The notes beneath the pieces were generated by a model. That model was not told the DNA's origin. It searched no databases and saw only the letters and a list, made by a program, of their open reading frames with translations. A stretch of 64,000 bases of DNA, from positions 310,001 through 374,000 of the forward strand of contig CBFFRQ010000043.1 of the NCBI GenBank assembly GCA_965644315.1. Reading direction: 5' to 3'. Shown here piece by piece: positions 41,701-55,850 of the stretch (its first letter is position 1; every line of letters begins with the position of its first letter). This DNA is from Caecitellus pseudoparvulus (taxonomy: Eukaryota > Protista > Bigyra: Bicosoecida). Both the position numbers and the translations under genes were made by a program.

Positions 41701-44700
41701 CCTCTGCAAAATCCCATCTTCAAGTTCCTTCATCTTGATTTTGAACTCATTTTGCTGTACGATGAGTTGCGTTTTAGTCTTCGCCAAGTCAGCACGCTCT
41801 TGCTTGACAGTCATCGCAAGCAGCTGATCTTCCAAACCGTCCTCGGTCACTGTAAAGTTCACCAGCGCCGCCTCTGCCTGGATTTCTGGAGGGTAATGCG
41901 GGTTGGACAGCTTTGTGTGCATGTACAGCTGGAAGCTGCCGTTAAACTCCAACTCCTTGTCGCCGAGCTTCAAGTACCGTCGGGTCCCACGCTTGATCGT
42001 CGAGCGCTGAATGACAGGGTTCAAGACAGCATCGACGCTCTCGCCCATGTTCTCGATAAGCACGGGTGAACCTGCCTCCAGCGCAGTTTCGAGCACTCGC
42101 AGCATGTTCTTGTTGGAGAGGCGTGTGACAACGAGTCCGGACTGCGCCTCCCGATTTCGGATCCACACAATGCCTTGCAGCTGCGGGTCAATGATTAGCG
42201 GCCAGCGCTCGGTGTTGCACACAATGGCCGCGTTCTCCACAGAAACGCTGTCGTCTGGAAGCCCTTGGCTTCGCCAGCGCGCTTTCTCTGCCTCATTTGT
42301 CATGACTGCCAGAGGCCCCGCACCCACTGTCATGGGGACCGGTGCGCCGTCTGCAGCGGTCTGCAGGAACGGGATCCACTCCTGCGAGACCAGCTGCTGA
42401 CGGAACGCCTTGGTAAAGGGACCAATGTACGATACAAAGGCACTCGCCAGAAGAACATCTCCAATCAGCAGTTCCTTGTCTGTGTTCATCTGCTGCACGC
42501 TTGCAGCCCAGCGTACATTCTCGTCAGCAAGTGCTGTGGTCAATCGATTGGCCAGGCTGAGCCTAGCCTCCCCTGACGCAACTTCATGTTCAGCAGCTTG
42601 CTTTGATGCCATGGCTTGGCTGTACTTCTCTTCAAGCCCAGCCAGTTCGGTGCTCAGCTCGTGCACCTTGGCTTGCGCAGCCTGCAGGCGGCTGTTTGCT
42701 GCTTCGAACTGCGCATTGGCAGAAGCCAATGCTTGTCTCAAAGGCTCCACCGTGACGAAGATGTCCCTAAATTTGACAATATTGATGCACCACTCACACA
42801 GCCCTGCAGCTGCCGAGTTCTTAGTCAGCAAGGTTTCGCGGTTGAAATGCTCCAGCGCCAGGTATTGGCGCACCTCCTTGAAATTCACGGCAGGGACGCC
42901 CCCCCCTTCCAGTTTCTCCTTGAACGTCAGGAGCTCTGCAAGGAGGCCTTTCACGTCAGACAGCAGACTCTTCTTGCTTTCGGCCCATGTTCGGTGCTTG
43001 TCCTGAACTTTCCCCGCGCGGTTTGTCGGCACGCTGACCTTGCTCCCGTCCACGTTTGCCAGTAAGACCATGACGGCGTAGAATACATCGTCAACACCAG
43101 GGGGGGGTTGCTGCATAGTCTTGCAGCTGGATAGGTCTTTCTCATTCAGAGTCTGCAGTGCCGCTACCGCAGCTGCGACAGCAGGCTCAGCAGCGGCAAG
43201 CTGCTCATCTGCTTCAGCTTGGGTTGCTTGAGCACTTGCCGCGATGGCAGCGGCTTCCTCGGCGATGACGTTGGCCTTGGCGGTTTCCTCCTCCACCACT
43301 GCCTTGTTTGCAGCGACAGTCGTCGCAATTTCTTCGGCGCTGCCCTTCTTTTCCTCTGCATCGGCCAAGCTGATCTTCAAGTCAGCTTCAATTACCTCAA
43401 CCGAGTCAGCGGTTTCTCGCATCTTCTCCAAACCACTCTCCAGCCGGACGATGGCGGCATCGAACTCTGCTCGTTTTCGACCAAGCAGCGTTTGGTACAG
43501 CTTGAGCAGCTCAAGGAAAGACTTAGGCGTCGTGTACACGTACCGCCTCTCGACGGCCAAGAACTCCTGTGCCGCCTCGTTGACTTTCTTGAACGAAAAC
43601 GGCAGAAACCTGGCGATCCCAGCACGCACAGCAGGAACCCCAAGGTCATCTATTCCCTGCAGGAAGCTTTCTCCGACTGAGAACAGCGCCTCTTCAGGCC
43701 AAGGCTGGAACCAGTCGATGACGGTGCAGCTGACAACTGCCGGGAACCGTTTGGCGCGGGTGCGAAAGCCTTCACCGACGGGGGAGAAGCACAGTACCAC
43801 ATGAAGGTTCTTGCAGACTTCGCTGATGAAGAACTGCCACACCGTCTTGGCATCGGGGACGAGCCCTGCCGCTTTCACCCTCGTCGTCAAGCTGTTGATG
43901 ATCTCATCCTTTTCGTCGTCAGCAAAGAGGTCTGGGATATTGCCCGAAGCCAACAAGTCATTGAGGAGCACCATGAAGCGCTCGTTCGCAATCTGCGAGT
44001 CTGTGAAGAGAAACGTGACGCCTTCATCTTTGACGCCGCTCAGTTTGTACATGGCCTTGAGATCCTCCCTAAAATCTGACATGCCGTACGTGCCGGAAAT
44101 GACGATTGTGCTCACACGGAATCCACAAATGAAGGATGCCAGGCGCGCCAGGGACTGCTTGCCGCTGCCTCCAACTCCAACCAACAAGGCATGCCCTGAG
44201 GGGTTGTTGATGATGCGTGCGATGCGACACACATGCCGCATTGCATCTGCGAAGAGCACCAAATTCATCACTGCGTTAGTTTCGTTGTACTCCTTGAGGG
44301 CATCGTTCAAGATTCCATTCAAGGTGCCCAGGTCCTTCACTTGGTCGTAGCACTTTTCGTCCACGCTCTCAGCAAAGTGACAGAAAATCAGTGGCTCTGG
44401 GTTTGACGCAGCAAAGAAGTTGGCGAAGGTGCTGGAGAAGTCACTCAGTCGCTTCTTACTCTGCGCGAAAGCCAGCTGCTGGTACTTCCCGATGTGCTCG
44501 CGGGACACTAGTCGGTCACCGTACACCCGCTCGGATTCATGCAACCAAAGTGAGGCAAACTTGGCGGGGCACTCAAACTGGTCCGGTTGGGCCATGAGCA
44601 GCCCTTGAAAGACGTTGGAGAGATGTCGGATGTTGAACTCGTAGTGAAAGTTTGCGGCAGACTTCCTGAACGTTGAAGAGACAGCACTATGCAGCTGCAA

Positions 44701-47700
44701 CGCAGCATTGAGGATGTTGCCGCAGAGCCCCTGCACATCTTCAGGAAAGTGCTGCAGGTGGCCTTGCAGGAAGGTGCTGTAGATGGTGTACAGTGATGCT
44801 GGGCCTGGGAAGCCTACGGCGAACGTGAAGAAGTGCCGCTGGAGGCGTGGGTTGATGAGGAAGGACCCTGCCGTCGGATTCATGGCGGCGATGTACTGCG
44901 TGTCGGAAATGTGCTTCGCCAGCAACTTTGCCTTGTCGTACCAATGTCCATAGTCCATGTGCTGCCTCACCAGGGCTATGGCTGATTGGGTGTTGTACGG
45001 GTCCACTTCTGGCAAGTTCAGGTCATCCACGAAGTACACGAGCTTGCCGAAGCCGGGGGGGCCGTAGTTCGTCCCAGCCTTCTTCTCCAGAGGAGCCTCC
45101 AGGGCAACTTGCAGGTTGTCGGCGTCAGTGAAGAAGTTGAAGTTCACTACGGCTGCTGACCGCTCAGACTGGTCTTGCCGCTGCAGCATTCCTTGAATCA
45201 ACTGAGTCTTGCCGCACCCTGCTGGCCCCACCAGCATGCAAGGGTGCCCTGCCGCAACCAACAAGGACAGCCAGAAGTCGATGGAGACCGTTTGTGGTGT
45301 TGGCACTGTCAGATCTGTCATGAGCTGGGAACTGGAGTCAAACTTCACACTCTGGAACAGGGGGGAATCCTCCCACTTGTCAAACTTGAGCTCATCGAGG
45401 TCCAAGTAGTAGTCGAACACGGTCTCACGCGACGGCATGCGGACGGCACGGAAGGCGCCCTTCCACCACTCACTGAAGATCACGCGGTAGTCTTCACTGT
45501 CTTTCTCAGACAGTGTGGATCCAAAGGCCCACACACCAGAGAATACCACCAGCGTCTCGAGCAGCTCACGTGCATCAGCCTCATTGTCACCCATGGCATC
45601 CAGGCGTGAGAGCACGTCGTCAGTGAGCAAGGCACTGAGCAAGCGCAGGAGGTTCCCAACGAGCGAGGAATCCTCGACTTGCACCAGTGGCTTGCAAGAC
45701 TTCTTCAAGAAGAGGAGGGCGTCTGCACAGTACCCATCAAAGAGCTCCTTGAGCTGTCCCCGATGGCGCTCTTGCATGCCAGTTTGTGCGGCGAGCCAGG
45801 AAGCAAGCAACGACTTCCACTGAGATCCAGTGTCCGTGGAGATGTAGAGGATGCCGGCCCTTGACACAGTCGCTGGCGAGGCATACACAAGGTCCCTAAT
45901 CTCGAAAATCATGCGCATGTGCTCTTTAAGTGGAATACGCTCGTTTGAAGCTAGGGTCAGCATTTTGTTGTCGTCCATGACAGAGTTCATGCTCTCAATC
46001 CAGTTGGCGTCCAGGTCCCCATCCAGTACAATCCACTTGGGATCCTCATTGGGCTCTTTGCCGAGGTCGCGCATGATGCAAGAGAGCAACCCGTCTTTCC
46101 ACTCTCTCGTTGCCGGGTGCACATATCCGTACAGCTCAGCAGGTGCGACTGCCTTCGGGTTCAAATCCACAAACTTTGTCTTCATGCCCAAGCGTGTGCG
46201 TGCACCTGCAAGTGTCCTCCAGCAAGTGCTCTTCCCAGCTGCAGGAGGGCCCATGACAAAAGTGCAGTGCCGAATCGCAATGAGCTCTTCCAGTTGCACA
46301 ACTTTCAGGCGAAACTGGGGCTCCGGATCCAGGCCCAAGTCATTGCAGGTTTCCGTGACAGCCGTCTCCAAAGATTCATCTACCTTTCGAGGGGGGTTGA
46401 TCGCTGGGAAAAGATCCCCCAGCAAACCGAAGAACACTTCTTCGTCTGCCTGGACGATCTTGGGCGTGTTGAAGTCCCTCAGAGCACGCATGAGCAAGTG
46501 CTGCTCGGGCAGGTCCGGCTCAGCACGCTTGAAGCCGCCGGCCACAACCAGCACCGACTTCACTGCACGCAACCCCCAGTCATAGTGCAGCTGCTTTGAT
46601 AGGAGTTCTCGCAGCAAGGAGTACAGGCCGTAGAACTTTGAAGCGAGAACCTTCGCCTCTTCAAAACCCTCAGCCATGAGCATGTTCTCGCAGATGAGCA
46701 CCAAGTCAGGCACCATGACGGTGATGGGTCTGAACAAAGCCTTCAATCCTTCAGGTAGCTCTGATCTCCCCAGGTAGCCCGGGTTCATAGTAATGAATGC
46801 CCCAGCCGACCATACCAACGACACCGTTTCACCCTCGATGGTAACATCCTTGCGCCGGGCACGAATTCCGTCACACACCGCCTTGAACTGCACAGAGCAC
46901 ACAGAGAGCACAGCGGGGATCAGCCTGTTGAACTCATCAAAGCACCCCCATGACCCAGAGGCAGCCAGCCCCTTGAAGATATTGCCGAGTGTTCGGTAGT
47001 CCATCTCAGGGGAGCAGTTCACGACGTAGCAAACAATGCCCAACGCTGAAGCTAGGTCTTTTGTTGTTTCAGTCTTGCCGGTCCCAGCAGGGCCTGCAGG
47101 CGCGCAGCCCATGCACAAGTTGAGCGCTTGCGTCGCGGTGACGTAGATTCTATCCGTCAGCGGAGTGATCACAAGTCGACCTCCATTCCCGAGGTACTCG
47201 TACATGTACGGGAACTGGGCGTCTGCGACAGTGATGGTTGCTTCCCCCTCAATGCAGCGTTGCTTGAGCTGGGACTGCCACTGGAAGGCCTTCTTCTCTC
47301 TCACCCCATCCATGATGAGCTTGCCCACCACGTCGCGAGAGTGCGCATCCATGGTGATCATGTTCATGACCCTGCGGCGGTCTCCCTTGCTCAGCTTCGT
47401 CCGCGTCAACGTGATGAGGTCTTTCAATTGCTGAATGATGGCTTCGTGGTGATGGGACATGGCCTTGCTGTCCCCCGCTTCCAAAGCATCGAATGCCACT
47501 TCAGTCTCAGCCACGTACTGTGTGCCAGCCAACAGCAAGGCAATCTGGGAGGCATCCTCTGCCTCTTCATCGTATGACCGGCGCTGCATGAGCCACTCGA
47601 TGCGCTCTTGGTGGCCCATACGAACTTTGGAAGCCTCGTACATCAGCCTCAGCGCCTTGCGCTGTGCGTCCAACACCGTCTGCAAGTACACTTCCGGCTT

Positions 47701-50700
47701 GCCGTCGAGACGGGGCGGACTGGCAAACGCAGCATCTTCCTTCCCCATCGCAGATACCCAACGCGTCGCGACTGGCCGCCCGCCCCCTGGTGCGTCCTGG
47801 AGCTCAAGGGATGCCGTGGCGAGGAACACCTTCGTGATGTGCTTCATGATCTTCCGGGGCGAGGAGCCGTTGGAAAGGATGTCGAGAAGGTCGGCATTAG
47901 ACACGAAGTAGAACCTGGGGAAAACTACCCGCTTTGCAGCAAGGAAGTCATCTAGCGCCTTCTGGCACGAGTCCAGTGTTGTCTTCATGTCCTCCAATTG
48001 AGCCGGCAGCCCAGCCTTGTTGCAGGCAGCTTTGACGTTCTTGGTTGCCCAAGCAGCTTGGAGGATGTCCTTCACTGCCGCATCGACCACCGCAAAGCGC
48101 TCAGCGTCTTCAGGCAGCTCACGCTTGACTTCCTCTGATGCCATGAAAAGCGGCTCCAGGTACGACCACGTGCGCTGAATCTCAGCGAGGATGAGCATTA
48201 CGTCGGAGACATTCCCCAGCCCAGATTTCCATGACATGATGCTGTCAAAGAAAGTTTGCACAAAACGCGAGGACGCCATGCCCTGCACTGCCAGCTGGTC
48301 GTTTTCTAGGGCCTCGAAGTCCTCCTCTGTCATTTTTAACAGCATGATGCTCGAGCCTTCTTTGTATGGTTCGCCCACAAACTCTGCAGTCTGCCAGAAG
48401 TCTTCCAGGCGCGCGAGCGTCTCTTCCATTTTCTCTTCCTTGAGGGCTTGGTCGCAGATTTCCTCAACTTGGTCTTTATGCATGTGCATCTCAAGGGAGA
48501 TGAGGGCACCCAGGCTCATGTCGGGGTCCTCATGGGGCGGCCGAAAGGTCTTGTGGGTCGCAGCCATGAGTGCTTGCCAATGGCGTGGGCGCATGGACTT
48601 GTGCCGAAGCATGGCCATTAAGGGGCAGGTCATCAGAAAGTCCTGAAGCTTCTTGATGAGCCCTTTGTAGAGGCCTGTGGGGCGGGTGCGCTTGTTTGCG
48701 CTCTCCTTGACTTGTTTTAGGAGCTGCTTGGCTCCCTCCTCCATAGCATCCGTGTCCAGCTCTCTCCACAGCATGGACTTTTGACCATCGATGTACGCTG
48801 AAATGTCATCATTCAAGCTCCACAGCTTGGCTGCTACCTGCATGTCCGCCTCAACTTCAGCAGTGCGCATCTGTGCCTCAGATGTGAGCTGGGGGTACTC
48901 GAAGGTGGTCGCTAGGTGCTGCATGCGGGCCAGCATCTTCACGTGCACCGCGTGCGCCGATCTGGCGTCCTCTAGAGCTTGAGCAGCAGCCTCGGTGTCG
49001 CCGTCCAGCTCCCAGTAGGCATGCCCTCGGCAGCTTCTCTGGTACTTCTCTGTCATGTGCCCAAAATCTTCAACCTGCTGCCTGGTGGACTGCCCGTGCT
49101 GCTTCACGAGAGGTGCAATGGCAACGCGGCAGATTGGAGCCTGTCGCTTGGCCGCAGCCCAGGTGTCCTCGCCAATGCTCAATGCTTTCTGCAGCTTCTC
49201 TAGATCTTTTGCTTTCGCAGCACCGCGGTCCTCCAGAAGACGGATGGCTGAGCGCACTCGAGATGCTCTCAGGGCCTCCCTTGCGCTGTGCTTAGACACA
49301 TCAGCAAGGTGGTTCTTCACTGCAAGCAGCGTATCCAGAGCATCAGCAGGAACCTTTCGGTTAAGCCCATCCAAGGTGGCTTTCGAGAAGGAGTTCAGCG
49401 TGCGGATTTCCTCTCTCAAAGACTCCATGAACAGAGCCCCAGACAGTTCGTGAGCGTCAGGGGCGGCATCCCCTGCTGCAGACAGCTCAAACTCCAGTGG
49501 CATGCCTCCAAGGATGCCCGCGTCCCCACCAAACGTTCCGCCGAAACGCACCAGAAGGGAGTGCAGCCCAGGATTTAGAGCACGGTACTCAACTGTGTAC
49601 CGGCCGTCACCGTGATCCGTGACGTTAGGCACAATGTCCCGAAGGCCTGGAGCCTCTTTGCCTCTCTGCTCCAAGTTCAGCAAGCGGGTCAGCTCACTTG
49701 CACCGCCAGCCACAATGGTCACGGCGAATTCATCCCCTCCCGTTGTCCTCCACTTCCCAGCACGGTCGATAGCCTGAATGTAGAATGTCAACAGGGACCC
49801 AGCGTCCGAGCCCGAGAGCAGGCCTGGCCCGAAAGCGACACACTGGCATCCGTCCGTAACGTTGAAGAAGGCAAACTGGGCTGACGTAATGGAAAGAGTA
49901 TCTCCAATTGCAAACACTCGAATATCCACTGGTCCTGGACCAATGCCTTCAAAAGAAGGTGCTTCAACGACGACAGCTTCAGGTGACGTGGCCGAGCCTG
50001 TGCTGTCCACAAAGCGCCGCCCGCCTTCCTCGATGAAGCGTGCGGTGATGACTTGGCCGGTGTGGAACCCCATACCACTCAAACACACCTGAGCACCCCC
50101 AGTGATAGCCGCGATCTTAGGCTCAACCTCCAGCACGGCGTACGGCGGGCCCACAAGCATGCCCACATTGAGGAGGCTCTCACTGCCTAGCCAGCGGTTG
50201 CTCCATCCCCCACAGACGAGCAGCTTTCGCTGCGCAGCAAGGTACACCATGGCAGCGTCGGCCCTGGCAAGAGGGGGAGATCCCGAATCCAGGAGGATTG
50301 GCTGCACGGTTGCCTCACCGGGATGAATGACCAGAGCATCGTTCAAGAAAGCTCCGTTCGTCCTGGCTACCATGCAAGCTGCGATGCTGCGGCTGCCTGC
50401 CGACCCCGCCGCCAGGTGGGAATCTTCAGGATCATCCATCCCCTCAACGCCGTCATCAGTTGCTGGTCCTCCAGATCCGCCAAAGACGAACACAAGTGAG
50501 TGTGGGACAGCTGGCACAGACACTGCACACGCATTCCACCGTGCCCAGCCAAGGCTGCACTTGAGGGAGGTCCACTCAGCTTTCCCCGTATCGAAGACCC
50601 AGACATCGTTGAACCTCTGTGTGGCACTCCACCCACCTCCCATGACAAGGTTCGCCCCCGCTGTGGCGAGAAAGTGGCCTGACCGTGGCGCAGGTGCTGC

Positions 50701-51655
50701 GCTGCCTGCCCCAGTCTCGATTGCCCGCCATGTGCCTGAACTCGCGTTGAAAGCGTGTAAATCCGCGAAATCTCGACGCTGAAACCCTGATCCTCCATAT
50801 CCACCAAAAAGGTAAACCTCCCCGTTCATCTCCGCCATTGCATGCCCCCCTCGTGGGCATGGCGTTGTACCCTCTTTGCCCTCAGCGCTTGCCTCAGGGT
50901 GCGGGCTGATGCCAAAGTCAGTGAAGTATGCCTCGTCGGCCACACCCATGCCGCTCAAGAGTGGCTCGTCTCCACTCGCGTTGTGAATCTTGAAGTCAGG
51001 TGCTCCGCGCGGAGTGTCCCCCATGGCATGATCCCGCCGTGCCCATGTCCAAGTGTCTGGGTCAAGGACCCACGTATCGTTGAGCTTCGAGGTGGGACTT
51101 CGGAAGCCTCCGAAAATCATCACGCTGCCATTTGACAATGTGACTGCAGCATGCTTGTACCTTGCTGGGGGAGATGGGCTGCCCTCCACAGCCCCAACCT
51201 CGGTCCACGCTGCTCCACCTGTGCACACAGCGCCCCGGACACAGCTCATGAAGTTTCAACACGCGGAGCAAGCGGCAGAGGCTTACGAACCTGTGGCTGA
51301 GCGTATGAACACCGCGCCATTCGGGGATGGCTTTCCACCCTTGACTCCGACCCCTGTCAATACAAAAAAGCGAATGCGCACCTGCTTTGACTCGCGATTA
51401 CGAGTAGGACGAATTGACACGTGCCGCACACACCACCAATGAGAACCAAGTTCGAACCTGCAGCAGACACAGTGTGTCCTGACAGCTTGAACGGCAAGGA
51501 AGTGTCCGTGGCATGCTCCCACTCGGTAGGAATGAGCTCCTGCACAGTGCCAAGCCGGAAGGAAATGCGCAAGTGCCAAAACGCACCGCCGTTGCTCAAA
51601 AGCACAGCACGCAGCTCTACGTGCAGCTTGCCCCTGAGCCTCCCTCACGTACCAT
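38728..51655 (-). CDS. Axonemal outer-arm dynein heavy chain with N-terminal Kelch/IPT/filamin domains (Chlamydomonas alpha/ODA11 type)
   Basis: P-loops GPAGTGKT, GPPAAGKS, GPAGCGKT and GVGGSGKQ; FPRFYFVS, CFDEFNR and YGGHITD. Kelch repeats (PPARYKHA, PCPRGGHA, PAPRSGH). 5' introns at 51219-51290, 51354-51433 and probably 51540-51652 (start tentative). Confidence 0.95.
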
Positions 51656-52130
51656 GCTCCAAAGGGCTCGACAAATATCGAGCCTGCCTTTTGGCACACC
51701 CGGCCTCGCAAAGATATGGCAGCCGGCTTTGGGCAAGCCAAGCAAGCCCAGCAGCCACGTTTCGAGGTCACAGCCAGACGTTGAGCAAAGCCGTCGAGCA
51801 CTGAGCTGGAAGCAGTGCAGCACTGTGACGGTGGCCCGCCATCAGAGAGACCTCTAAGAAAGTGTTTGTATCATCCAATAGTTGCAGTGGAGGGTTCTTC
51901 GGAGCACCCGTCCCCCCCGCGTCACGCAGTCCATTCCGCGCACCAATGCCCAGCCAGCAAATCCCCCGTCCCATGACCCACCAGCTCAGGAAGCAGTCCG
52001 GAAGCCAAGTTTGGTGGAGGAGGCATCATATGCATTTTGTCCTTTGGTGCACCGGTGCACTTTCGACCGCCCCCTGACTCAATCGCGGAGGCTCACACGT
52101 GAAACGCGATTGAGCGGAAATTGATTTGTT

Positions 52131-52874
52131 ATGGCGTCGGAGAGCAAGCGCACAAAGCGCTCCAAGGACGCCCTGCAGTTCATGGTTGTGTGTGCATGCA
52201 ACATGAATCGTAGCATGGCGGCCCATAAGGCCCTGGCAGCAGATGGCTTTGCAGTGGACTCGTCTGGGACGGCGAGGCAGGTCAAGCTGCCAGCACCGAC
52301 TGGAGCCTTGACGTGCCCATTCGGCACGCCCTATCAGAGCATCTTGGACAAAGTGCACAAGCAAGGCACCACGACTGTTCAATGGTACAAGACTAGGAAG
52401 CTCCTGTCCATGTTGGAGCGCAATGTTGGTATCAAGGCTGCCCCGGTCCGGTGGCAAGAGCTCTCAGCAAGTGAGCTGGCAGAGGTGGACGTCGCCATCA
52501 CCTTCGAAGAGCGCGTCTTCGATGCGCTTAATGAAGACGTGGCGAGCCGACTAAGCACGTCCTGCTCCAGGCCTTTGCATGTTGTCAACCTGGAAACACG
52601 GGATGACCCGTCTGCTGCTCAGGTTGGTGCAAAGTATGCGTTGGAGTTTGCACGTTCTTTGTGCAAAGAGGTTGATGAGTCAGTCGCCTTGAAAGGCCTG
52701 CCGCTGTCGAGCACTGAGGCAGAGCTGTCGTGTGATGGGAGGTTTGAAGACGCTGAGCGCGTCAACTTTGCGACCGTGGTGGGCGAAGTGCTGCCAGGCG
52801 TCGTGGACGACCTGCTGGACCGCGTGATGGAGAAAGGCTGCATGGTGCCTCTGCATGCACACCACTTGTTATAG
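52131..52874 (+). CDS. SSU72: RNA polymerase II CTD phosphatase SSU72
   Basis: CX5RS motif VCACNMNRSM, plus SSGTARQVKLP, PFGTPY and ITFEERVFD. Confidence 0.93.
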   Translation: MASESKRTKRSKDALQFMVVCACNMNRSMAAHKALAADGFAVDSSGTARQVKLPAPTGALTCPFGTPYQSILDKVHKQGTTTVQWYKTRKLLSMLERNVGIKAAPVRWQELSASELAEVDVAITFEERVFDALNEDVASRLSTSCSRPLHVVNLETRDDPSAAQVGAKYALEFARSLCKEVDESVALKGLPLSSTEAELSCDGRFEDAERVNFATVVGEVLPGVVDDLLDRVMEKGCMVPLHAHHLL

Positions 52875-53072
52875 ACTTTGCCTTGCCAAGGCCTTGGCTG
52901 GCCGGCGTCACACCGCTGTGGCATTGGCTGTTGAGCAGAGACACACTCATGCCACATCGCAAACCACGGGCCAGGTCTCAGATTGCACGTGAACGTCTGA
53001 AGACTTGAACAGCACCCCTTGTATACATCTTGTGCTGGCTGAATTCACCCCTCCCCGCACAGCTTGAGCTTC

Positions 53073-54616
53073 ATGGCTGCAGCACGGCCGACTCACCAGT
53101 CGGCGGCAGCCCCTGCGCCAGCTGTCCCTCCAAGTGAAGGCGTCCCTACCAGCCACAGCAGCGCGGCACATGCTGCAGCTGCGGCACCCACTGATGGAGA
53201 AGATTGGCGAGCAAAACTTGTCCTTCCTCAGCGGGACACCCGCGTCAAGACAGAGGTGAGGCGGCACCGACAATGGCGAGGGCGGTCTGAGGTGCACTGC
53301 AGCTGTCCCGCTGCTCCTGCAGGACGTCACGCTCACAAAAGGCAATGACTTCGAGGACTACTTCTTGCAAGAAGAGCTCTTGATGGGCATTTTCGAGAAG
53401 GGCTTCGAGAAGCCGTCCCCCATCCAAGAGGAGGCAATTCCCATGGCACTGGCGGGCCGAAACATTCTTGCCCGGGGTGCGTGAAACGCGGGCTCCTGGC
53501 AGTCGGCGTAGTCTAGCACTCGTGGCCGCCCCCCGCCGCGCCCTGCGCAGCCAAGAACGGCACTGGCAAAACTGCAGCTTTCTGCATCCCTGTCCTGGAA
53601 AAGATTCAGGTTGGCGAGCCGCACATCCAAGGTGAGCAGTCTCCGTGTCAGTAGCGCTTGCGCTGGTGCAGGACATACCTTCCCCGCCCTCCCGCCACCA
53701 CCCAGCCCTCATCCTGCTTCCCACCCGGGAGCTGGCTCTCCAAACCAGCGCCGTGCTCAAGGAGCTCAGCAAGCATATGGGAGTGGAAGTCATGGTGACG
53801 ACAGGTGGCACGCGCCTGCAGGACGACATCCTCCGCTTGCGCCGGACGGTGCACATCCTGGTGGGGACGCCGGGGCGCATCTGTGACCTATCGGACCGCC
53901 GTCTCGCCAAGCTGGACAAGTGTGGCATGGCAGTGTTCGACGAAGCTGACAAGCTGCTGTCCCCTGAGTTCGAAGAGGGGACGGCGAAGCTCCTGAGCAT
54001 GTGTGACTCGCCACAGATCCTCCTCTTCTCTGCGACATTCCCTGTCACTGTGAAGAAGTTCAAGGACAAGCACATTAGCAACCCAGTTGAGATCAACCTT
54101 ATGGATGACCTCACCCTGAAGGGCATCACGCAGTACTACGCATTCGTAGAGGAGAGGCAGAAGGTGCACTGTTTGTACACGCTCTTCAGCAAGCTGGAAA
54201 TCAACCAGAGCATTATTTTCTGCAACTCTGTCAACCGCGTGGAGTTGCTCGCCAAGAAAATCACCAAGCTTGGCTACTCCTGCTTCTACATCCACGCTCG
54301 CATGGAGCAGAAGGACCGCAACCGGGTGTTCCACGAGTTCCGCCAAGGCTCAGCGCGCCACCTCGTGTGCACTGACTTGTTCACGCGAGGCATTGACATC
54401 CCCAACGTCAATGTCGTCATCAACTTCGACTTCCCGCGCCACTCAGAGACTTACCTCCACCGCATTGGGCGCTCTGGGCGCTTCGGTCATCTTGGACTGG
54501 CCATCAACCTCGTAACCTACGACGACCGCCACAACTTGTACCGCATCGAGCAAGAACTTGCCACAGAGATCAAGCCCATCCCGGTGACCATTGACCGCAA
54601 CTTGTACTGCAAGTGA
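53073..54616 (+). CDS. DDX6: DEAD-box RNA helicase DDX6/Dhh1
   Basis: [43 protein letters not shown] and [10 protein letters not shown]. Introns at 53256-53322, 53477-53550 and 53632-53705. Confidence 0.97.
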
Positions 54617-55034
54617 TGCCTCCCCCCATACCTCCCCGCGTTCAGTTCACTTTTCTGTTTTGGTTGCCTCTGTGGCTGCCTGCGTGCTTCCCACTTATTC
54701 GCGACAGCATCGCACCACTTCCTCAAGTCCCACCCCGGCCTTCCGTGCACTTCTTTGCTCGGCGCTTGGCGCCGGCCAGAGAACTGCCGGTACGCGCGGG
54801 CATGTACCTCCCCCCTTCGCCTCCTCCTGCCTCCTGTTCACCAGGCTGCTTTGCCGCGCCCCGTCCCCCCTCCCCCCCTCTCCCCTGCGTGTCAATGCAA
54901 GCATGGCAGTTTCTTGAACATATCCAGCTATTCACTGTTCTTCCCACCAAGCCCTGCCCACAACCTAGCCTGCCACCAAAGCGACACACACACGAAGCAC
55001 CGACCGTTGAGGCCGCTACTGCTTGCCCTTCGCC

Positions 55035-55577
55035 ATGGCAAGCCGCATCGAGTACTCCGAGAAGTACAGTGATGGGGACTTCGAATACAGGTATGAGATG
55101 TGCTTTTGCTGCTTTGGGTGCCGGCCTCAGGGCCTTGAAGCCGGCTGTGTACAACGATTGCTGACCTGACATGAGGCGCCGTTTCCCGCCTCCCAGGCAT
55201 GTGATTCTGCCCAAGGAGTTGGCGAAGTCCATGGCTCGTGGGCGACTGCTGTCTGAGGCAGAGTGGCGAGGAATCGGGGTGCAGCAGTCCCGGGGCTGGG
55301 AGCATTATGCCATCCACAAGTGAGCACAGGCCGAACGAGGGGCCGCGTGCCAGTGCGCCACGCTGAAACGCCACTCTACGCAGGCCTGAACCACACATCC
55401 TGCTCTTCCGACGGGCATTGGGCACAGACCCCACAACGGGTATGTAAAGAGGACAGTCGCTTGCCCACCACGATGTTTCACGAACCTCCCTTTTCCACAG
55501 GCAAAGTCAACGCGGCGGCTGCTGCTGCCGCCAGGGAGGCTTTCGAGAGTGAGTACGGAGAAACGGAGAAGAAGTAG
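55035..55577 (+). CDS. CKS1: Cyclin-dependent kinase regulatory subunit CKS1
   Basis: Spliced: [29 protein letters not shown]...[35 protein letters not shown]... Introns at 55091-55196, 55320-55383 and 55440-55500. Confidence 0.95.
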
Positions 55578-55850
55578 GGCGAGGGCGTTCATTAGTGTGT
55601 CTGTAGCGGTCTCCGTCTACGGCTGCAGCATGCGCTTGCCACGCATGCTTCCAGTCACGGTGCAGTGGCCGTGCCAGGTGCCGAGCCCTCGCCTTCCAGG
55701 ACCGGCGCTCAATGCACATCAACATATAGAAGCTTTCCACAGTTGTGGGGCGCCAAGCAGGCGGCCTGGCTGCGTTCTTGCCTCCACCACTGGGGAAAAG
55801 CACGACGAGAGCACAGGGGCTCAGGATCCTTCCAGCATCATCGCGCAGCT

